Source of the DNA: the human T2T-CHM13v2.0 reference genome, Homo sapiens
Assembly: GCF_009914755.1 (NCBI RefSeq)
Contig: NC_060942.1
Strand: one strand, 5' to 3'
Length of the DNA stretch: 64,000 bases
Positions 41,401 through 54,031 of the stretch are shown piece after piece. The notes beneath the pieces are model-generated. The model worked only from the letters and a program-made list of their open reading frames with translations, searched no databases and had not been told where the DNA came from. The translations under genes and the position numbers were made by a program. Positions within the stretch are counted from its first letter, which is position 1; the number at the start of each line of letters is the position of its first letter.

Positions 41401-44400
41401 TTTGTAGTATCTGGAACTGGACTTTTGGAGCGCTTTCAGGGCTAAGGTGAAAAAGGAAATATCTTCCCATAAAAACTGGACAGAAGCATTCTCAGAAACT
41501 TGTTTATGCTGTATCTACTCAACTAACAAAGTTGAACCTTTCTTTTGATAGAGCAGTTTTGAAATGCTCTTTTTGTGGAATCTGCAAGTGGATATTTGGC
41601 TAGTTTTGAGGATTTCGTTGGAAGCGGGAATTCATACAAATTGCAGACTGCAGCGTTCTGAGAAACATCTTTGTGATGTTTGTATTCAGGACAGAGAGTT
41701 GAACATTCCCTATCATAGAGCAGGTTGGAATCACTCCTTTTGTAGTATCTGGAAGTGGACATTTGGAGCGCTTTCTGGCCTATGTTGAAAAAGGAAATAT
41801 CTTCCCATAACAACTAGACACAAGCATTCTCAGAAACTTGTTTGTGATGTGTGCCCTCTACTGACAGAGTTGAACCTTTCTTTTCATAGAGCAGTTTTGA
41901 AACACTCTTTTTGTAGAATCTGCAAGAGGATATTTGCATAGATTTGAGGATTTCGTGGGAAACGGGATTGTCTTCAGGTAAAATCTAGACAGAAGCATTC
42001 TCAGAAACTTCTTTGGGATGTTTGCATTCAAGTCACAGAGTAGAACATTCCCTTTGGTAGAGCAGGTTTGAAACACTCTTTTTGTAGTATCTGGAAGTGG
42101 ACATTTGGAGCGCTTTCAGGCCTATGTTGGAAAGGGAAATATCTTCCGGTAACAACTAGGCAGAAGCATTCTCAGAAACTTATTTGAGATGTGTGTACTC
42201 AACTAAGAGAATTGAACCACCGTTTTGAAGGAGCAGTTTTGAAACACTCTTTTTCTGGAATCTGCAAGAGGATATTTGCCTAGCTTTGAGGATTTCGTTG
42301 GAAACGGGATTGTGTTCAGATCAAATCTAGACAGAAGCATTCTCAGAAACTTCTTTGGGATGTTTGCATTCAAGTCACAGAGTAGAACATTCCCTTTGGT
42401 AGAGCAGGTGTGAAACACTCTTTTTTTAGTATATGGAAGTGGACATTTGGAGCGCTTTCAGGCCTACGTTGGAAAAGGAAATATCTTCCCATAACAACTA
42501 GACAGAAGCATTCTCAGAAACTAGTTTCTGATGTGTGTCCTCAACTAACACAGTTGAACATTTCTTTAGACAGAACAGTTTTGAAACTCTCTTTTTGTGG
42601 AATCTGCAAGTGGCTATTTGGCTAGATTTGAGGATTTCGTTGGAAACGGGATTACATATAAAAAGCAGACAGCAGCATTCTCAGAAAGTTCTTTGTGATG
42701 ATTGCATTCAAGTCACAGAATTGAACATTCCCTTTCACAAAGCAGGTTTGAAACACTCTTTTTGTAGTGTGTGTAAGTGGACATTTGGAGCACTTTCCGG
42801 CCTAAGGTGAGAAAGGAAATATCTTCCCATAAAAACTAGACAGAAGCATTCTCAGAAACTTACTCGTGATGTGTGTCCTCAACTAAAGGAGTAGAACCTT
42901 TCTTTCATAGAGAAGTTTTGAAACGCTCTTTTTGTGGAATCTGCAAGTGGATATTTGGCTAGTTTGGAGGATTTCGTTTTAAGCGGGAATTCATACAAAT
43001 TGCAGACTGCAGCGTTCTGAGAAACATCTTTGTGATGTTTGTATTCAGGACACAGAGTTGAACATTCCCTATCATAGAGCAGGTTTGAATCACTCCTTTT
43101 GTAGTATCTGGAAGTGGACATTTGGAGTGCTTTCAGGCCTATGTTGGAAAAGGAAATATCTTCCCATAACAACTAGACAAAAGCATTCTCAGAAACTTAT
43201 TTGAGATGTGTGTACTCAACTAAGAGAATTGAACCACCGTTTTGAAGGAGCAGTTTTGAAACACTCTTTTTCTGGAATCTGCAAGTGGATATTTGGCTAG
43301 CTTTGGGGATTTCGCTGGAGGCGGGAATACATATAAAAAGCACACAGCAGCGTTCTGAGAAACTGCTTTCTGATGTTTGCATTCAAGTCAAAAGTTGAAC
43401 ACTCCCTTTCATAGAGCAGTCCTGAAACACTCCTTTTGTAGTATCTGGAACTGGACTTTTGGAGCGCTTTCAGGGCTAAGGTGAAAATGGAAATATCTTC
43501 CCATAAAAACTGGACAGAAGCATTCTCAGAAACTTGTTTATGCTGTATCTACTCAACTAACAAAGTTGAACCTTTCTTTTGATAGAGCAGTTTTGAAATG
43601 CTCTTTTTGTGGAATCTGCAAGTGGATATTTGGCTAGTTTTGAGGATTTCGCTGGAAGCGGGAATTCATACAAATTGCAGACTGCAGCGTTCTGAGAAAC
43701 ATCTTTGTGATGTTTGTATTCAGGACAGAGAGTTGAACATTCCCTATCATAGAGCAGGTTGGAATCACTCCTTTTGTAGTATCTGGAAGTGGACATTTGG
43801 AGCGCTTTCAGGCCTATGTTGAAAAAGGAAATATCTTCCCATAACAACTAGACACAAGCATTCTCAGAAACTTGTTTGTGATGTGTGCCCTCTAGTGACA
43901 GAGTTGAACCTTTCTTTTCATAGAGCAGTTTTGAAACACTCTTTTTGTAGAATCTGCAAGAGGATATTTGCATAGCTTTGAGGATTTCGTGGGAAACGGG
44001 ATTGTCTTCAGGTAAAATCTAGACAGAAGCATTCTCAGAAACTTCTTTGGGATGTTTGCATTCAAGTCACAGAGTAGAACATTCCCTTTGGTAGAGCAGG
44101 TTTGAAACACTCTTTTTGTAGTATCTGGAAGTGGACATTTGGAGCGCTTTCAGGCCTATGTTGGAAAGGGAAATATCTTCCAGTAACAACTAGGCAGAAG
44201 CATTCTCAGAAACTTATTTGAGATGTGTGTACTCAACTAAGAGAATTGAACCACCGTTTTGAAGGAGCAGTTTTGAAACACTCTTTTTCTGGAATCTGCA
44301 AGAGGATATTTGCCTAGCCTTGAGGATTTCGTTGGAAACGGGATTGTCTTCAGATCAAATCTAGACAGAAGCATTCTCAGAAACTTCTTTGGGATGTTTG

Positions 44401-46577
44401 CATTCAAGTCACAGAGTAGAACATTCCCTTTGGTAGAGCAGGTTTGAAACACTCTTTTTTTAGTATATGGAAGTGGACATTTGGAGCGCTTTCAGGCCTA
44501 CGTTGGAAAAGGAAATATCTTCCCATAACAACTAGACAGAAGCATTCTCAGAAACTAGTTTCTGATGTGTGTCCTCAACTAACACAGTTGAACATTTCTT
44601 TAGACAGAACAGTTTTGAAACTCTCTTTTTGTGGAATCTGCAAGTGGCTATTTGGCTAGATTTGAGGATTTCGTTGGAAACGGGATTACATATAAAAAGC
44701 AGACAGCAGCATTCTCAGAAAGTTCTTTGTGATGATTGCATTCAAGTCACAGAATTGAACATTTCCTTTCACAGAGCAGGTTTGAAACACTCTTTTTATA
44801 GTGTGTGTAAGTGGACATTTGGAGCACTTTCCGGCCTAAGGTGAAAAAGGAAATATCTTCCCATAAAAACTAGACAGAAGCATTCTCAGAAACTTACTCG
44901 TGATGTGTGTCCTCAACTAAAGGAGTAGAACCTTTCTTTTCATAGAGAAGTTTTGAAACGCTCTTTTTGTGGAATCTGCAAGTGGATATTTGGCTAGTTT
45001 GGAGGATTTCGTTGGAAGCGGGAATTCATACAAATTGCAGACTGCAGCGTTCTGAGAAACATCTTTGTGATGTTTGTATTCAGGACACAGAGTTGAACAT
45101 TCCCTATCATAGAGCAGGTTGGAATCACTCCTTTTGTAGTATCTGGAAGTGGACATTTGGAGCGCTTTCAGGCCTATGTTGGAAAAGGAAATATCTTCCC
45201 ATAACAACTAGACAGAAGCATTCTCAGAAACTTATTTGAGATGTGTGTACTCAACTAAGAGAATTGAACCACCGTTTTGAAGGAGCAGTTTTGAAACACT
45301 CTTTTTCTGGAATCTGCAAGTGGATATTTGGCTAGCTTTGGGGATTTCGCTGGAGGCGGGAATACATATAAAAAGCACACAGCAGCGTTCTGAGAAACTG
45401 CTTTCTGATGTTTGCATTCAAGTCAAAAGTTGAACACTCCCTTTCATAGAGCAGTCCTGAAACACTCCTTTTGTAGTATCTGGAACTGGACTTTTGGAGC
45501 GCTTTCAGGGCTAAGGTGAAAAAGGAAATATCTTCCCATAAAAACTGGACAGAAGCATTCTCAGAAACTTGTTTATGCTGTATCTACTCAACTAACAAAG
45601 TTGAACCTTTCTTTTGATAGAGCAGTTTTGAAATGCTCTTTTTGTGGAATCTGCAAGTGGATATTTGGCTAGTTTTGAGGATTTCGTTGGAAGCGGGAAT
45701 TCATACAAATTGCAGACTGCAGCGTTCTGAGAAACATCTTTGTGATGTTTGTATTCAGGACAGAGAGTTGAACATTCCCTATCATAGAGCAGGTTGGAAT
45801 CACTCCTTTTGTAGTATCTGGAAGTGGACATTTGGAGCGCTTTCTGGCCTATGTTGAAAAAGGAAATATCTTCCCATAACAACTAGACACAAGCATTCTC
45901 AGAAACTTGTTTGTGATGTGTGCCCTCTACTGACAGAGTTGAACCTTTCTTTTCATAGAGCAGTTTTGAAACACTCTTTTTGTAGAATCTGCAAGAGGAT
46001 ATTTGCATAGCTTTGAGGATTTCGTGGGAAACGGGATTGTCTTCAGGTAAAATCTAGACAGAAGCATTCTCAGAAACTTCTTTGGGATGTTTGCATCAAA
46101 GTCACAGAGTAGAACATTCCCTTTGGTAGAGCAGGTTTGAAACACTCTTTTTGTAGTATCTGGAAGTGGACATTTGGAGCGCTTTCAGGCCTATGTTGGA
46201 AAGGGAAATATCTTCCGGTAACAACTAGGCAGAAGCATTCTCAGAAACTTATTTGAGATGTGTGTACTCAACTAAGAGAATTGAACCACCGTTTTGAAGG
46301 AGCAGTTTTGAAACACTCTTTTTCTGGAATCTGCAAGAGGATATTTGCCTAGCTTTGAGGATTTCGTTGGAAACGGGATTGTGTTCAGATCAAATCTAGA
46401 CAGAAGCATTCTCAGAAACTTCTTTGGGATGTTTGCATTCAAGTCACAGAGTAGAACATTCCCTTTGGTAGAGCAGGTGTGAAACACTCTTTTTTTAGTA
46501 TATGGAAGTGGACATTTGGAGCGCTTTCAGGCCTACGTTGGAAAAGGAAATATCTTCCCATAACAACTAGACAGAAG

Positions 46578-47252
46578 CATTCTCAGAAACTAGTTTCTGA
46601 TGTGTGTCCTCAACTAACACAGTTGAACATTTCTTTAGACAGAACAGTTTTGAAACTCTCTTTTTGTGGAATCTGCAAGTGGCTATTTGGCTAGATTTGA
46701 GGATTTCGTTGGAAACGGGATTACATATAAAAAGCAGACAGCAGCATTCTCAGAAAGTTCTTTGTGATGATTGCATTCAAGTCACAGAATTGAACATTCC
46801 CTTTCACAGAGCAGGTTTGAAACACTCTTTTTGTAGTGTGTGTAAGTGGACATTTGGAGCACTTTCCGGCCTAAGGTGAGAAAGGAAATATCTTCCCATA
46901 AAAACTAGACAGAAGCATTCTCAGAAACTTACTCGTGATGTGTGTCCTCAACTAAAGGAGTAGAACCTTTCTTTCATAGAGAAGTTTTGAAACGCTCTTT
47001 TTGTGGAATCTGCAAGTGGATATTTGGCTAGTTTGGAGGATTTCGTTGGAAGCGGGAATTCATACAAATTGCAGACTGCAGCGTTCTGAGAAACATCTTT
47101 GTGATGTTTGTATTCAGGACACAGAGTTGAACATTCCCTATCATAGAGCAGGTTGGAATCACTCCTTTTGTAGTATCTGGAAGTGGACATTTGGAGCGCT
47201 TTCAGGCCTACGTTGGAAAAGGAAATATCTTCCCATAACAACTAGACAGAAG
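46578..47252 (+). repeat. 4-mer HOR variant, copy 3
   Basis: Unit is 675 bp with the same junction; fused ORF at 47001. Confidence 0.92.
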
Positions 47253-50200
47253 CATTCTCAGAAACTAGTTTCTGATGTGTGTCCTCAACTAACACAGTTG
47301 AACATTTCTTTAGACAGAACAGTTTTGAAACACTCTTTTTGTGGAATCTGCAAGTGGCTATTTGGCTAGATTTGAGGATTTCGTTGGAAACGGGATTACA
47401 TATAAAAAGCAGACAGCAGCATTCTCAGAAAGTTCTTTGTGATGATTGCATTCAAGTCACAGAATTGAACATTCCCTTTCACAGAGCAGGTTTGAAACAC
47501 TCTTTTTGTAGTGTGTGTAAGTGGACATTTGGAGCACTTTCCGGCCTAAGGTGAAAAAGGAAATATCTTCCCATAAAAACTAGACAGAAGCACTCTCAGA
47601 AACTTATTCATGATGTGTGTCCTCAACTAAAGGAGTAGAACCTTTCTTTTCATAGAGAAGTTTTGAAACGCTCTTTTTGTGGAATCTGCAAGTGGATATT
47701 TGGCTAGTTTGGAGGATTTCGTTGGAAGCGGGAATTCATACAAATTGCAGACTGCAGCGTTCTGAGAAACATCTTTGTGATGTTTGTATTCAGGACACAG
47801 AGTTGAACATTCCCTATCATAGAGCAGGTTGGAATCACTCCTTTTGTAGTATCTGGAAGTGGACATTTGGAGCGCTTTCAGGCCTATGTTGGAAAAGGAA
47901 ATATCTTCCCATAACAACTAGACAGAAGCATTCTCAGAAACTTATTTGAGATGTGTGTACTCAACTAAGAGAATTGAACCACCGTTTTGAAGGAGCAGTT
48001 TTGAAACACTCTTTTTCTGGAATCTGCAAGTGGATATTTGGCTAGCTTTGGGGATTTCGCTGGAAGCGGGAATACATATAAAAAGCACACAGCAGCGTTC
48101 TGAGAAACTGCTTTCTGATGTTTGCATTCAAGTCAAAAGTTGAACACTCCCTTTCATAGTGCAGTCCTGAAACACTCCTTTTGTAGTATCTGGAACTGGA
48201 CTTTTGGAGCGCTTTCAGGGCTAAGGTGAAAAAGGAAATATCTTCCCATAAAAACTGGACAGAAGCATTCTCAGAAACTTGTTTATGCTGTATCTACTCA
48301 ACTAACAAAGTTGAACCTTTCTTTTGATAGAGCAGTTTTGAAATGCTCTTTTTGTGGAATCTGCAAGTGGATATTTGGCTAGTTTTGAGGATTTCGTTGG
48401 AAGCGGGAATTCATACAAATTGCAGACTGCAGTGTTCTGAGAAACATCTTTGTGATGTTTGTATTCAGGACAGAGAGTTGAACATTCCCTATCATAGAGC
48501 AGGTTGGAATCACTCCTTTTGTAGTATCTGGAAGTGGACATTTGGAGCGCTTTCAGGCCTATGTTGAAAAAGGAAATATCTTCCCATAACAACTAGACAC
48601 AAGCATTCTCAGAAACTTGTTTGTGATGTGTGCCCTCTACTGACAGAGTTGAACCTTTCTTTTCATAGAGCAGTTTTGAAACACTCTTTTTGTAGAATCT
48701 GCAAGAGGATATTTGCATAGCTTTGAGGATTTCGTGGGAAACGGGATTGTCTTCAGGTAAAATCTAGACAGAAGCATTCTCAGAAACTTCTTTGGGATGT
48801 TTGCATTCAAGTCACAGAGTAGAACATTCCCTTTGGTAGAGCAGGTTTGAAACACTCTTTTTGTAGTATCTGGAAGTGGACATTTGGAGCGCTTTCAGGC
48901 CTATGTTGGAAAGGGAAATATCTTCCGGTAACAACTAGGCAGAAGCATTCTCAGAAACTTATTTGAGATGTGTGTACTCAACTAAGAGAATTGAACCACC
49001 GTTTTGAAGGAGCAGTTTTGAAACACTCTTTTTCTGGAATCTGCAAGAGGATATTTGCCTAGCCTTGAGGATTTCGTTGGAAACGGGATTGTGTTCAGAT
49101 CAAATCTAGACAGAAGCATTCTCAGAAACTTCTTTGGGATGTTTGCATTCAAGTCACAGAGTAGAACATTCCCTTTGGTAGAGCAGGTGTGAAACACTCT
49201 TTTTTTAGTATATGGAAGTGGACATTTGGAGCGCTTTCAGGCCTACGTTGGAAAAGGAAATATCTTCCCATAACAACTAGACAGAAGCATTCTCAGAAAC
49301 TAGTTTCTGATGTGTGTCCTCAACTAACACAGTTGAACATTTCTTTAGACAGAACAGTTTTGAAACTCTCTTTTTGTGGAATCTGCAAGTGGCTATTTGG
49401 CTAGATTTGAGGATTTCGTTGGAAACGGGATTACATATAAAAAGCAGACAGCAGCATTCTCAGAAAGTTCTTTGTGATGATTGCATTCAAGTCACAGAAT
49501 TGAACATTCCCTTTCACAGAGCAGGTTTGAAACACTCTTTTTGTAGTGTGTGTAAGTGGACATTTGGAGCACTTTCCGGCCTAAGGTGAGAAAGGAAATA
49601 TCTTCCCATAAAAACTAGACAGAAGCATTCTCAGAAACTTACTCGTGATGTGTGTCCTCAACTAAAGGAGTAGAACCTTTCTTTCATAGAGAAGTTTTGA
49701 AACGCTCTTTTTGTGGAATCTGCAAGTGGATATTTGGCTAGTTTGGAGGATTTCGTTGGAAGCGGGAATTCATACAAATTGCAGACTGCAGCGTTCTGAG
49801 AAACATCTTTGTGATGTTTGTATTCAGGACACAGAGTTGAACATTCCCTATCATAGAGCAGGTTGGAATCACTCCTTTTGTAGTATCTGGAAGTGGACAT
49901 TTGGAGTGCTTTCAGGCCTATGTTGGAAAAGGAAATATCTTCCCATAACAACTAGACAAAAGCATTCTCAGAAACTTATTTGAGATGTGTGTACTCAACT
50001 AAGAGAATTGAACCACCGTTTTGAAGGAGCAGTTTTGAAACACTCTTTTTCTGGAATCTGCAAGTGGATATTTGGCTAGCTTTGGGGATTTCGCTGGAGG
50101 CGGGAATACATATAAAAAGCACACAGCAGCGTTCTGAGAAACTGCTTTCTGATGTTTGCATTCAAGTCAAAAGTTGAACACTCCCTTTCATAGAGCAGTC

Positions 50201-53200
50201 CTGAAACACTCCTTTTGTAGTATCTGGAACTGGACTTTTGGAGCGCTTTCAGGGCTAAGGTGAAAATGGAAATATCTTCCCATAAAAACTGGACAGAAGC
50301 ATTCTCAGAAACTTGTTTATGCTGTATCTACTCAACTAACAAAGTTGAACCTTTCTTTTGATAGAGCAGTTTTGAAATGCTCTTTTTGTGGAATCTGCAA
50401 GTGGATATTTGGCTAGTTTTGAGGATTTCGCTGGAAGCGGGAATTCATACAAATTGCAGACTGCAGCGTTCTGAGAAACATCTTTGTGATGTTTGTATTC
50501 AGGACAGAGAGTTGAACATTCCCTATCATAGAGCAGGTTGGAATCACTCCTTTTGTAGTATCTGGAAGTGGACATTTGGAGCGCTTTCAGGCCTATGTTG
50601 AAAAAGGAAATATCTTCCCATAACAACTAGACACAAGCATTCTCAGAAACTTGTTTGTGATGTGTGCCCTCTACTGACAGAGTTGAACCTTTCTTTTCAT
50701 AGAGCAGTTTTGAAACACTCTTTTTGTAGAATCTGCAAGAGGATATTTGCATAGCTTTGAGGATTTCGTGGGAAACGGGATTGTCTTCAGGTAAAATCAA
50801 GACAGAAGCATTCTCAGAAACTTCTTTGGGATGTTTGCATTCAAGTCACAGAGTAGAACATTCCCTTTGGTAGAGCAGGTTTGAAACACTCTTTTTGTAG
50901 TATCTGGAAGTGGACATTTGGAGCGCTTTCAGGCCTATGTTGGAAAGGGAAATATCTTCCAGTAACAACTAGGCAGAAGCATTCTCAGAAACTTATTTGA
51001 GATGTGTGTACTCAACTAAGAGAATTGAACCACCGTTTTGAAGGAGCAGTTTTGAAACACTCTTTTTCTGGAATCTGCAAGAGGATATTTGCCTAGCCTT
51101 GAGGATTTCGTTGGAAACGGGATTGTCTTCAGATCAAATCTAGACAGAAGCATTCTCAGAAACTTCTTTGGGATGTTTGCATTCAAGTCACAGAGTAGAA
51201 CATTCCCTTTGGTAGAGCAGGTTTGAAACACTCTTTTTTTAGTATATGGAAGTGGACATTTGGAGCGCTTTCAGGCCTACGTTGGAAAAGGAAATATCTT
51301 CCCATAACAACTAGACAGAAGCATTCTCAGAAACTAGTTTCTGATGTGTGTCCTCAACTAACACAGTTGAACATTTCTTTAGACAGAACAGTTTTGAAAC
51401 TCTCTTTTTGTGGAATCTGCAAGTGGCTATTTGGCTAGATTTGAGGATTTCGTTGGAAACGGGATTACATATAAAAAGCAGACAGCAGCATTCTCAGAAA
51501 GTTCTTTGTGATGATTGCATTCAAGTCACAGAATTGAAGATTTCCTTTCACAGAGCAGGTTTGAAACACTCTTTTTATAGTGTGTGTAAGTGGACATTTG
51601 GAGCACTTTCCGGCCTAAGGTGAAAAAGGAAATATCTTCCCATAAAAACTAGACAGAAGCATTCTCAGAAACTTACTCGTGATGTGTGTCCTCAACTAAA
51701 GGAGTAGAACCTTTCTTTTCATAGAGAAGTTTTGAAACGCTCTTTTTGTGGAATCTGCAAGTGGATATTTGGCTAGTTTGGAGGATTTCGTTGGAAGCGG
51801 GAATTCATACAAATTGCAGACTGCAGCGTTCTGAGAAACATCTTTGTGATGTTTGTATTCAGGACACAGAGTTGAACATTCCCTATCATAGAGCAGGTTG
51901 GAATCACTCCTTTTGTAGTATCTGGAAGTGGACATTTGGAGCGCTTTCAGGCCTATGTTGGAAAAGGAAATATCTTCCCATAACAACTAGACAGAAGCAT
52001 TCTCAGAAACTTATTTGAGATGTGTGTACTCAACTAAGAGAATTGAACCACCGTTTTGAAGGAGCAGTTTTGAAACACTCTTTTTCTGGAATCTGCAAGT
52101 GGATATTTGGCTAGCTTTGGGGATTTCGCTGGAGGCGGGAATACATATAAAAAGCACACAGCAGCGTTCTGAGAAACTGCTTTCTGATGTTTGCATTCAA
52201 GTCAAAAGTTGAACACTCCCTTTCATAGAGCAGTCCTGAAACACTCCTTTTGTAGTATCTGGAACTGGACTTTTGGAGCGCTTTCAGGGCTAAGGTGAAA
52301 AAGGAAATATCTTCCCATAAAAACTGGACAGAAGCATTCTCAGAAACTTGTTTATGCTGTATCTACTCAACTAACAAAGTTGAACCTTTCTTTTGATAGA
52401 GCAGTTTTGAAATGCTCTTTTTGTGGAATCTGCAAGTGGATATTTGGCTAGTTTTGAGGATTTCGTTGGAAGCGGGAATTCATACAAATTGCAGACTGCA
52501 GCGTTCTGAGAAACATCTTTGTGATGTTTGTATTCAGGACAGAGAGTTGAACATTCCCTATCATAGAGCAGGTTGGAATCACTCCTTTTGTAGTATCTGG
52601 AAGTGGACATTTGGAGCGCTTTCTGGCCTATGTTGAAAAAGGAAATATCTTCCCATAACAACTAGACACAAGCATTCTCAGAAACTTGTTTGTGATGTGT
52701 GCCCTCTACTGACAGAGTTGAACCTTTCTTTTCATAGAGCAGTTTTGAAACACTCTTTTTGTAGAATCTGCAAGAGGATATTTGCATAGCTTTGAGGATT
52801 TCGTGGGAAACGGGATTGTCTTCAGGTAAAATCTAGACAGAAGCATTCTCAGAAACTTCTTTGGGATGTTTGCATTCAAGTCACAGAGTAGAACATTCCC
52901 TTTGGTAGAGCAGGTTTGAAACACTCTTTTTGTAGTATCTGGAAGTGGACATTTGGAGCGCTTTCAGGCCTATGTTGGAAAGGGAAATATCTTCCGGTAA
53001 CAACTAGGCAGAAGCATTCTCAGAAACTTATTTGAGATGTGTGTACTCAACTAAGAGAATTGAACCACCGTTTTGAAGGAGCAGTTTTGAAACACTCTTT
53101 TTCTGGAATCTGCAAGAGGATATTTGCCTAGCTTTGAGGATTTCGTTGGAAACGGGATTGTGTTCAGATCAAATCTAGACAGAAGCATTCTCAGAAACTT

Positions 53201-53356
53201 CTTTGGGATGTTTGCATTCAAGTCACAGAGTAGAACATTCCCTTTGGTAGAGCAGGTGTGAAACACTCTTTTTTTAGTATATGGAAGTGGACATTTGGAG
53301 CGCTTTCAGGCCTACGTTGGAAAAGGAAATATCTTCCCATAACAACTAGACAGAAG

Positions 53357-54031
53357 CATTCTCAGAAACTAGTTTCTGATGTGTGTCCTCAACTAACACA
53401 GTTGAACATTTCTTTAGACAGAACAGTTTTGAAACTCTCTTTTTGTGGAATCTGCAAGTGGCTATTTGGCTAGATTTGAGAATTTCGTTGGAAACGGGAT
53501 TACATATAAAAAGCAGACAGCAGCATTCTCAGAAAGTTCTTTGTGATGATTGCATTCAAGTCACAGAATTGAACATTCCCTTTCACAGAGCAGGTTTGAA
53601 ACACTCTTTTTGTAGTGTGTGTAAGTGGACATTTGGAGCACTTTCCGGCCTAAGGTGAGAAAGGAAATATCTTCCCATAAAAACTAGACAGAAGCATTCT
53701 CAGAAACTTACTCGTGATGTGTGTCCTCAACTAAAGGAGTAGAACCTTTCTTTCATAGAGAAGTTTTGAAACGCTCTTTTTGTGGAATCTGCAAGTGGAT
53801 ATTTGGCTAGTTTGGAGGATTTCGTTGGAAGCGGGAATTCATACAAATTGCAGACTGCAGCGTTCTGAGAAACATCTTTGTGATGTTTGTATTCAGGACA
53901 CAGAGTTGAACATTCCCTATCATAGAGCAGGTTGGAATCACTCCTTTTGTAGTATCTGGAAGTGGACATTTGGAGCGCTTTCAGGCCTACGTTGGAAAAG
54001 GAAATATCTTCCCATAACAACTAGACAGAAG
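53357..54031 (+). repeat. 4-mer HOR variant, copy 4
   Basis: Unit is 675 bp with the same junction; fused ORF at 53780. Confidence 0.92.
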
